Source of the DNA: Octopus bimaculoides
Taxonomy: Eukaryota
NCBI RefSeq assembly: GCF_001194135.2
Contig: NC_068981.1
Location: forward strand, 132,555,043-132,619,042
Length of the DNA: 64,000 bases
Reading direction: 5' to 3'
Below, piece by piece: positions 50,633 to 60,157 of the stretch. Position numbers and translations under genes: made by a program. Within the stretch, counting starts at the first letter, position 1. Each line of letters opens with the position of its first letter. The notes under the pieces were generated by a model, which saw only the letters and a program-made list of their open reading frames with translations, ran no database searches and had not been told where the DNA came from.

Positions 50633-50830
50633 AACTAGAAAAGCACTCGGAGAGCGCAGACCTCCGCCAAGCAGATCATTTCCACCCATATACACACATG
50701 CTGAAAATCACCCAATTTCCCAAACCAACGCCAGCAAAAACAACCTTCTTCCATACTTATCTCGACCATCGTCATCATCAACACTGTCTCTTCTTTCACC
50801 ACAATCACCGTCAAAACTACGATCACCACA
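50633..50830 (+). mobile_element. 5' end of a Helentron-like non-autonomous element (DINE/HINE type)
   Basis: aactagaaaagcactcggagagcgcagACCTCCGCCAAg. The 11-mer at 50660-50670 is the exact reverse complement of 52635-52645. Right boundary uncertain. Confidence 0.55.
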
Positions 50831-51125
50831 ATCAGTTTCTTTTTAGAGTTGAAAATCCATTATCCAATACTCATGGGACTGAGATTGTTGCAGATTTTTG
50901 ATTTTTCTAATTTCGGAGTGCTTTCTTGAAAAAAAAAAAAAATTGAATCTACAAAACGGAACAGTTTGAGGATAGAAACCAGGTCTAAACACAATAGCTT
51001 ATAGACATACTCTGAATGTAGTTCTATATAAATCTTTAATAATTTTTTTATACTTAAGACCATCAGAAATGTTAAGATATCAACCTCTACCCACGTTGTC
51101 ATACTTTGATTAACAGGTTACAACA

Positions 51126-51690
51126 TAGATTAGATTACTTAGATAAGTTTCGACCGTAGTTGACTCAGGCCATGTCTAATTTAATAGCACCACTTGGTAG
51201 AGATACACAGTCAGCTCTGGGGAACCGTAGCCCATTCAAGAAGAGGGTTATTGTTTTCAGAGACATATTTGGGTGTGGGTGCTTTATCTGGTATTTGTTG
51301 GGGGGTAATCATCTAAGGATCGTTTGAATGCCGTGAAGTCACTTTCCTCCTTTATGTGTGTCTGGCACGATGTTGAAGAGAGCAGGGCCAATTGAGGTGA
51401 ANNNNNNNNNNAAGTCACTTTCCTCCTTTATGTGTGTCTGGCACGATGTTGAAGAGAGCAGGGCCAATTGAGGTGAAATAGTTCTGTCATAGTGTTGTGA
51501 TACGACACGAACATTTCTGTAGTGGACGGATGGCACGGGGGCCAAGCCTCGGACGAATTTTAAAGATGGGCAATGTTGATGGAATATTTTCCACATAATA
51601 CAGATGATATAGAGCTCACAGTGGCGGTGGAGAGAGCAAAGCCTGAGCTTTTTGAGTCGATCCCACTAGTCAAGGCTTGTCATGTCATCC
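51126..51690 (-). mobile_element. CR1/L2-group LINE 3' fragment
   Basis: Minus strand reads DMTSLD*WDRLKKLRLCSLHRHCELYIICIMWKI...FTSIGPALFNIVP...HIKEESDFTAFKRSLDD (frameshift) QIPDKAPTPKY...NNPLLEW. Short tandem tail ttatctaagtaatctaatcta. Confidence 0.78.
51402..51411. other. 10-N gap with duplicated flanks (contig overlap)
   Basis: 51337-51401 is repeated at 51412-51476. Confidence 0.9.
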
Positions 51691-51849
51691 TCCGCAGACT
51701 TCCGCCAAGCAGCTCTTTTTAAGATAGATTCGCGAGTAAAATTACTAATAGAGAAACGAAAATAAACTTTGGAAACAGCAACGCTACTATAGGTTACGTG
51801 GAGACGATGAACGCGTTTTCAAGGGAAATAATCAAAGAATGTAACATTG

Positions 51850-52419
51850 GGATCTATTTTAAAACGGGGGCCACATTTTTCATTAATGTTTTACGTAGTG
51901 TTTTTGGTACGGAAAGACTTTCAAACTTCGTATACTTATCTATTTTGTGTTATAGAACAGAAAAATATTTTTGTATTCGAATTTATTTCATGTAAAAAAT
52001 TGTCTTATTTCGATAATTTCAACCAATCACTGACAAGTATTCAGTTGTTTATATTTACTCTTTTGGCTGATTAAGCGATGTAAAGCGTATTTAATCTCCA
52101 TACCTTCGTTTTATTTGCTTTTTTCATTTTAAATTTGCTTTAACCCTAACCCTAACCCTAGGGTTAGGGTTAGGGTTAATTGTTTCAGAATCGTTTGTTT
52201 ATGTAGTCGGCACTTAATGTATATCGGCTGAATGGACGTCAGTGATTGGTTGAAATTACAGAAATACGACAACTTTCACATGGAATAACTTATGGATTTC
52301 TTTTTTTTTTTTAAGAAGACTAAGAGAAAAAGATGTTTTATATGACACATTCTACCAGTGTTCCAAGTTTCAAAGTGTTTCGTTAATGAAAAATGTGGCC
52401 CCCGTTTTAAAAAATATCC
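51850..52419. mobile_element. 570-bp Merlin-like MITE with central telomeric palindrome
   Basis: 37-bp TIR ggatctattttaaaacgggggccacatttttcattaa (2 mismatches). Perfect 8-bp TSD taacattg at 51842-51849 and 52420-52427. Subterminal inverted repeats (aaccaatcactgac / gtcagtgattggtt). Confidence 0.88.
52140..52179. repeat. Perfect 40-bp palindrome t(taaccc)3ta(gggtta)3a
   Basis: Read directly from the sequence. Centre at 52159/52160. Confidence 0.97.
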
Positions 52420-52904
52420 TAACATTGTAATACTTCATGTAAAGTAAATCTAACAAATGAAAAATCCTTTAAGAATCCATAAAAATTGCCAGATCACTAC
52501 CAAAATTTTATCATCTGTTCCTTGTGTCAATACCCACTTTTCCTGCACGTTTGATCAAATACCGTTCACAACTTTTTGAGTTATTTTGCATACAGACGGA
52601 CAAACCAACGACGATGAAAAAATAACCTCCTTCTTTGGCGGAGGTAATAATCCTTTCTACTAGAGGTACAAAACCTGAAATTTTGGGGGAGGGGATAGCC
52701 GCTTACATCGACCTCAGTGCTTGACTGGTACTTGTTTCATCAGCTCCGAAAAAATAAAGGGAAAGTCGACCTTGGCCGAACGGTATATTCAGTAATGGAA
52801 GCATGTTGTACAACTTGGCGTATTCTTTTTAAGAAAGGTAAAATCGTAATTAATTTGGTTTACTGAAAAGAAAGAAAAAAATAAATAAAAGAAACAAAGC
52901 CCTG

Positions 52905-54050
52905 ACATGATTATGTCGTTAAGAATCTCGCTTAGCGATCATGTGGTTTCAGGTTCAATCCTACTTCGTGGCACTTTGAGAAAATGTCTTCTACAATATC
53001 TCTGGGCTGGTCAACGCCTTTTGAGTGAATATGGTAAACGGAAACTGTAGAATGCTACATGCACGCGCGCATATGTGTGTGTTTGTCCCCCCCCCCGTTT
53101 GTCAACCGATGTTGGCTTATTTACATCCCCGTAATCTAGCGTTTCGGCAAAAGAAAACGATAGAATAAATACTGGATCTTTTTGGTTTGACGGGCAACAC
53201 TTGTTTTCTTAACGAAACACTTTCAAACTTGGGATACTGGTAGAATGTGTCATATAAAACATCTTTTTCTCTTAGCCTTCTTAACAAAAATTAGTTCTTA
53301 ATAAGTTATTTCATGTTAAAGTTGTCGTATTTCTGTAATTTCAATCAATCACTGACGTCTATTCAGCTGAATATAGTTAGTGCTCTTTTTATAAACAATA
53401 ATTTTTACCGGTGTCAAGAGTGTTATTCCCTGTTTAATTATATCATTATTTCCTAGTAAGGGTTTAGGGTGTTAGGGTTCGGGTTTTAGAGTTGGGGTTA
53501 GGGTTAGGGTTATGAGTGAGGTTATGGCAAAAATAATCATAACCCTAACCGTAAACCTAAAACTAACCCTAACTCTAAAACCCGAACCATAACCCTAAAA
53601 CCCTAAAGCTAAAACCAGTACAAACGCACGAACGATGTCATAAATAAGAGTAACACGGGTAGTTGTTGTTGACAAACAATGGCACTAATTTTATTCAAGG
53701 GAAAAGATCCCATGACACCGTTGTTTACATTCCACGCCATTAATTGTTTTCACCTCAATAGACATCAGTGATTGGTTGAAATTACCGAAATACGACAACT
53801 TTTTCCATGAAATAACTTCGAATACAAAAATTTTTCTCGGTTCTATAATACAAAATATACAAGTATACGAAGTTTGAAAGTGTTTCGGTACCAAAAACAC
53901 TACAGAAAACATTAATGAAAAATGTTGCCCGTCAAACCAAAAAGATCCTAAGTACTAGACTTAAGAAATAAAGCACTAAGTTCGATTAAAGTTTAATTAC
54001 TAGACCTTTCAAGGCCACCGCAGTCCAAGGACTGAAAACAAAAATGACAA
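52905..54050 (+). mobile_element. Diverged SINE-A split by a Merlin-like MITE
   Basis: Head at 52905. ...gatagaataaatact | insert | taagtactagactt... matches the consensus gatagaataagtactaggctt of 22745. Confidence 0.7.
53174..53948. mobile_element. 775-bp Merlin-like MITE with telomere-type fold-back core
   Basis: Perfect 26-bp TIR ggatctttttggtttgacgggcaaca. 8-bp TSD taaatact / taagtact (7/8). Subterminal arms homologous to 51850-52419 in the opposite orientation. Core 53458-53616. Confidence 0.88.
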
Positions 54051-54061
54051 AAGTAAAATCA

Positions 54062-54578
54062 AAATTAGGGTTTACTGAAAAACAACTGTCAATGTGTTTT
54101 TTAATTAAATTTAGATTTACTGAAGAATAAAATTGTCGATGTGTTTCTTGAATGTAATTTAGGTTTACTGGAAAAAAAAATTGTTAACGTTGTTTTTAAA
54201 TTCAATTTAGGCTTACTCTTTTACTTGTTTCAGTCATTTGACTGCGGCCATGCTGGAGCACCGCCTTTAGTCGAGAAAATGGACCCCAGGACTTATTCTT
54301 TGTAAGCCTAGTACTTATTCTATCGGTCTCTTTTTGCCGAACCGCTAAGTTACGGGGACGTAAACACACCAGCATCGGTTGTCAAGCGATGGTGGGGGTA
54401 CAAACACAGACACACATATATATATATACATATATACGACAGGCTTCTTTCAGTTTCCGTCTACCAAATCCACTCACAAGGCTAATGATAAAAAAATAAA
54501 ACAACTATCAATGTGTTTTTGAATTTAATTTAGGCTTATTGAAAAAATAATTGTCAACGTATTCTTAAATATAATTTG
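54062..54578. repeat. Degenerate 45-48-bp minisatellite interrupted by SINE-A (54221-54483)
   Basis: Anchor (t/c)ttactg-like at 54071, 54116, 54164, 54212 and 54535. Confidence 0.7.
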
Positions 54579-56134
54579 TATGAACCGCCCTTTCAAAGTA
54601 TTTTACTAACCGAAGCAACTGAAGGTGGGAGAACTGCTTAAATATATATTATACGTGAGGAGAAAGGTTGTTCAACGAACACTCGCTGCCATAAAAGGCC
54701 TCTCACATGGCTGAGACTGAGGAGAAAAACAAACTGTTAAAACACCCAGGGCATGGGTTGTAGTGTTTTTTGTTTTACGTTATTATTTTCCAAGCTATTT
54801 TTACCTTCGTTTCGTGAGTGTCCCACCCCACCACACACACATATATAAGTGTTATACTTTCTTACAGAGGGTACTTAAAATATGACTAATTCTTAAGTGT
54901 TCACCCTATAAATAATAATATATATTATTTATGTTTGTATTCTTTTAACGTGGAAGTGAATTTAAAAGATAACGAAAGGGTTCCGTTATACTTGTATCAT
55001 TTTCTCCTCTACCATACTTCTTTCTGTACCCAAGCGTAGTAATGTCAGAATTTATGTAATATCAATTAACTTCTATGTTAATATTGCATATTATAATATT
55101 ACAGTGCTACGATAAAACAAGTGGAAGTTTTGCTGTAGATAATAACGTCACTGATTTCCTTGAACTCAGAACAGAAAACATCTTTAAATATGGTTTCTAA
55201 TTTTAGCACGAAGTGTCATGTTTCTATAGGTGAAAAATGGTTGATTGAATGAATGGTGAACGGAAATAAAATCATCGAGGAAAGGGAATAGACGGCGTAT
55301 TTCATTACAATGTTGTATGTAAATAATAGAAATAATTAAATAATAGAAATAATTGAAGTCGCTTATTAATTGACAGACAATACACGACGCGTGCAGAATG
55401 AAAAGTTATGTAATCGCATTAAATGTAAAAGGAAAATAATTACATTTTATGTAATATATAAAATGAAAAAAACAAAACCCATTAATTCTGTTTTTATTGG
55501 AGTTCAATGCCTTTTTAGGCGTACTGGGCAGTTTGTCCCGAGGGCTCTGCGGGTTTAGGAGACTAAAGCTAAATCGAGTATACGATGGTATTCTTATAGG
55601 CTGATTATGTGGGCTCCTCAGTACATTACTTTGTATGGGGAATGGGCCATAATACTGTAAGATGGCTCTGAGTCTGTAACATTTTTCTTCTTCCAGGTTA
55701 GATTAACTACTCAGTTCCCCAATAAGCGACTGGTTTGTATATTATCAGCCCCCGCATGAAAAGCTAAATCAACTCCAGTACTACTTTAACTGAGAACGAA
55801 GAAGTCAAAATATTTATTTTTGCATTCCTATTATCTACTACATACATCACCCATCCTAGATGCATGAAAGTCCTGTTATCTCTATTTTGTCACATTTATG
55901 ATATGTAAATAAAAAACGTGCGACATTACAAGCCCAGTTTACCGGACACGTCAGCCTTTGTGCGTTCGTTCGGTTTGGCAAAAATAGCAGCTAAATCTTC
56001 TTCTTTTTGCGCTTTATCATCTGACTCTGATTATAGATTTGTTTACACAAGGCTGATCTGCAGCTAAATATGTTAAGCCGTTGTTGTTGTTTAGTCGCAG
56101 TTCAAACCTAATGGAACAGGTAGACCACTTTTTT

Positions 56135-57091
56135 GGGGATCCACGCAACAAAATAGTAAATTGAGGATCCACAATAATATTATAAGAACCCTTGAAAAGA
56201 TTTAGCTTTAGATGTATGTATTGCAAGAAACAGCTGGGTTTCTTTCTCAGACATTTTACGTAGTTCAACCTACACAAGTGAATGTGTGAAAAACAAAATA
56301 GGAATTTTGAAAGACGTTTGTATTAAACTAGTTTTTAAACATCAAATGACTATGAGGTCCACTAGAATAAAATAGTTAACAGAAGGGGTCCATGCACGCA
56401 AAATAGTAAATTTGGGATTCGCAATGGTATTATAAGAGGACCTGGAATGATTTTGCTTTAGATGTATGTATTGGTATGTATGTATTGCAAGAACCAGTTA
56501 GGTTTCTTTCTCGAACGTTCATCCTACACAGGTTAATGTGTGAAAAACAAAATATGAATTTTCGAAGAAGTTTCTATAAAACAAGTCTTTAAACATCGAA
56601 TGGCTATGGAGGCCCACGAGAATAAAATAGTTAACAGAAGGGGTCCATGCTTTGAAAAACAGTAAATTTGGGATCCGCAATGGTATTTATAAGAGGACCT
56701 GGAATGATTTTACTTTAGATGTATGTATTGGTATGTATTGCAAGAAACAGCTGGGTTTCTTTCTCTAACATTTTACATAGTTCATCCAAGTTGATGTGTG
56801 AAAAACAAAATAGGAATTTTGAATGAAGTATCTATAAAACTAATTTTTAAACATCAAATGGCTATGGGTGTCCACCAGAATAAGATAGTAATCAAAGGGG
56901 GTCCCTACACGCAAAATTGTAAATTTGGGAATCTACGGTAGTATTTTAAGGGTCGCCACATTAACTCAATTTTTTAATGGGAAGATAATCTAATTTTTTA
57001 ATGGCAATTTTTTAATGGGGGTGAAATAACCAAAAAGTACCTTAACTGGTAATCAAAGGGTCCACAGATAAAACATTGTTGAGAACTCCTG
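56135..57091. repeat. ~255-bp tandem array (about 3.2 units) ending in a hAT-Charlie-type terminus
   Basis: Unit anchors gggg(a)tcc at 56135, 56385, 56640 and 56898. Terminus ggggtccacagataaaacattgttgagaactcctg ends at 57091. Confidence 0.8.
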
Positions 57092-57512
57092 AGATAGATG
57101 ATTAGAGGCATTCATTCTGACTAGTGACACCACACCCCAATGTACTTCTTCCCGTACCAGACCGTATAAAATTCTTATTAACCTTAGTGATGTGTTTTTG
57201 CTTTGTACTAATGTTACTTGTATGTCGTAATTCCCGTACAACACTTAATACAGGAGTAAATGATGAACTAAATTACAATTACACTTTTAAATATCATACA
57301 CTCAACCTAAATAAAGTTTACATTTACAGTATTTCATGTAATTAAATTGAAGATTCGATAAGAAAGCGATATATATTTACATGGCTGGGTGGTTAAAAAG
57401 CCTGCATTCGGAATCACTTGGTTTTGAGTTTTGTTCTCTTGGGTCAGGGTCTTTTGCTATAACCCCAGGCTGACCAATGCTGTGTTAGTAGATTAGTCTG
57501 TAATTCGGGGTG

Positions 57513-57866
57513 GGAGAAGACTTCCTTTTGTACCCCCCCCCCAAAAAAAAACTCCCCCCTTTTTTTTTATTTAATTTTTTTTTTCACAAACCCCCATTTT
57601 CAGCTATGGAGAGTACGAATCTGAGAAAAATTGGCATTTTGAAATTACCCCACCTCTAAATTCTTCATTTTATGTGGAAAAATACGGAGATTATGATTCA
57701 GAAAAAATTTCCAAAAATTTTTCTAGTTAGAGTTAGGGCTAAGGTTAGGGTTTTAGGGTTATGGTTAGGGTTAGGGTTACAGAAAAAAGTGAAAAATGAA
57801 GTAAGAGGAGCAAGCAATTTCAAAATTCTGCCAACGAATCCAGGTGGTGAGAGGTTCACAAGATCC
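57513..57866. mobile_element. Unclassified element with a one-sided TTAGGG-type tract (57727-57779)
   Basis: Left part homologous to 45996-46166. Right boundary uncertain. Confidence 0.6.
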
Positions 57867-57967
57867 GATTTTTTTCCTCATAACTTTTAAGAAAATGGAT
57901 ATCTTTTAATGAAATATTATATAAATACATTTCAAACGGCATAGATGGAAGTGATATACAGATATTG

Positions 57968-58150
57968 TATATTGAGAATAATAAGGTAGTCAAAATGCTG
58001 GATGATTATATATATTTTTATTTACATTTTTAGTGCTTTCTTCCGTTATCGGATTTATAAAAAAATCCGATAATGGAAGGAAGCGCTAAAAATATAAATA
58101 AAAGTATATATAATCATCCAGTTTCTGACTATCTTATTATTCTTAGTATA
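57968..58150. repeat. ~88-bp-arm hairpin, 6-nt loop
   Basis: 57968-58056 pairs with 58063-58150. About 10 transition mismatches and 1 bulge. Confidence 0.9.
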
Positions 58151-58281
58151 TGTATGTATATATCAGAGCTGTGGAGTCAGAGTCGGAGTTGGAAGCAATT
58201 AAGGGGTAGCTGGAGTTGGAGTTTTGTAAAACTATACTGACTCAGACTCATGATATCTTTATTCTTTAATATAAACTAGTT

Positions 58282-58314
<33 letters not shown>

Positions 58315-58338
58315 GTTTAACGTCCGCTTTCCATGCTA

Positions 58339-58348
58339 NNNNNNNNNN
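58339..58348. other. 10-N gap truncating an RTE tail (58282-58338, minus)
   Basis: N run. Confidence 0.95.
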
Positions 58349-59378
58349 TATATATATTTCAATTCAATATAGTTCAGTTTACAGTAAACAATAGATGAAG
58401 ACAGGTGAGGGAAAAACAAGCAGGTGTATTAGTTTGATGATCAAGAAGAATAGAAAAGTCTTCGATGTTTTGGGTGTATGTTCTTCAACAGAGAGGGTTG
58501 AGAGGGAAAAAAATGGAGAGAGAAAAACATGTGTTGGGATTAATGGTTCAACACGATATGTTGTGTGTGTGTGTGTGTGTGTGTAAAGTGCTATTGATAA
58601 AGGATTATAAAGCTAGATCAAATACTTGGCAAGCTCTCTGTTATTACAAATACACTAGACTAACAAAATGTTTTCAGATTGGTATAGAACTCCAGGAAAT
58701 CCTATGATAAGATCCAAAGTTGAAGTCCATCACCAGTTGATTTTTGTGAATCCATAGTTTTACTCCCCAGTTAAACTGGTCTTTTTCACAGAGTGACATA
58801 CAAGAAAAGGTATAATTAATTGGCTTTGAATACTTCCTTATTTGTGCATCTAGATGTACCAATAAAGAAATACACAAAACTCATATATATTTGTGTGTGT
58901 GTGTGCGTGTGCGTGTGTATACATATATATTATGTATGTGTGTATGTATATGTAGGTGTGTATATGTATGTATGCAACAACTATTTCGTTAAGCGTGTCT
59001 CAGTATCAGTCATTTGCATTAAAAAAAAAATAATTAAGAAATCCCAGATGAGTGCACAACAAAATAATAATAGCAAGTAGGCAGCATTTCTAAACAAGCC
59101 ATTATCAAAATATTGCATGAAAACCTTTTCAGGTTTGAAAAAAAATATAAAGTCCTGTAAAGTAGCTGTTAATTGAGCTGCACACTGTTTAGCGGGAAAG
59201 GTTAACAGGAAATACAAACTGTCGAAAAAGCATGAAAAGTTTTTGAATATATTTTTTTAATTGTTTATTCCTGTGAATTGTTCTGAAAACTTTTGATGAA
59301 GGAACACTCTGAGTGACCCCTAATCTAAAAGTGGAAAAAAAATCATGTCACCCATTTACTTGGTTTATTAAAGTTACA

Positions 59379-59696
59379 GTGAAGGCGCATGGCTCAGTGG
59401 TTAGAGCATCGAGCTTATGATCGTGAGGTTGTGAGTTCGATTCCCAGACCGGGCTGTTTGTTGTGTTCTTGAGCAAGACACTTTATTTCACATTGCTCCA
59501 GTTCACTCAGCTGTAGAAATGAGTTGCGACATCTCTGGTGCCAAGCTGTATCTGCCTTTCCCTTTCCCTTGGATAACATCAGTGGTGTGTAGAGGGGAGG
59601 CTGGTATGTATGGGTGACTGCTGGCCTTTCATAAACAACCTTGCCCAGACTTGTGCCTCAGAGGGTAACTTTCTAGGTGCAATCCCATGGTCATTC
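59379..59696 (+). mobile_element. SINE-D, tRNA-derived
   Basis: A box tggctcagtgg, B box gagttcgattcc, then cttgagcaagacactttatttcacattgctccagttcactcagctgt. Decayed minus copy at ~61770-61925. Confidence 0.85.
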
Positions 59697-60147
59697 TAAC
59701 ATAAAGCATAAATGACTTGAAGTGTTATGTTGATGTAAGATATGTTATTTTGTTAATCTTTAGCAGTGAATGTTACATAGTTGTTACATGATAGTTGTGT
59801 ATGTATGTTCATTCATGTCTGCTGTGTATGCATTTGTATAAGTACATGTATTCTTTTATCCTTTTACTTATTTCAGTCATTTGACTGTGGCCATACTGGG
59901 TTTTAGTAAAGAAATTGACCCCGTGACTTATTCTTTGTAAACCTAGTACTTATTTGATGAGTTTATTTTGGTGAACTGCTAAGCTACAGGGAGATAAACA
60001 CACCAGCATTGGTTGTCAAGCGATGACAGGGATGGGGGTTGTTGGACACACACACACACACACACACACACATGATGGGTTTCTTTCAGTTTCTGTCTAC
60101 CAAATCCATTCACAAGGCTTTAGTCAGCCTGAGGCTATAGTAGAAGA

Positions 60148-60157
60148 NNNNNNNNNN
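60148..60157. other. 10-N gap with duplicated flanks (contig overlap)
   Basis: tttagtcagcctgaggctatagtagaaga occurs on both sides. Confidence 0.9.

Larger units (their letters stand above)
51694..52648 (+). mobile_element. Helentron-like element (DINE/HINE type) hosting a Merlin-like MITE
   Basis: 5' gcagacttccgccaagcag. 3' short (gaca/gacg) tract, then hairpin acctcc-ttctttggc-ggaggt overlapping the subterminal inverted repeat. Confidence 0.6.

Noticed and set aside
51337-51476. 65-bp direct repeat in the CR1 fragment (and a 29-bp repeat at 60119-60186)
   Set aside because: Identical copies flank 10-N gaps, typical of unmerged contig overlaps.
52140-52179. True telomere or chromosome end-to-end fusion scar
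   Set aside because: The tracts are short, sit inside TIR/TSD-bounded elements, and this one has the CCCTAA-then-TTAGGG polarity, opposite to a fusion.
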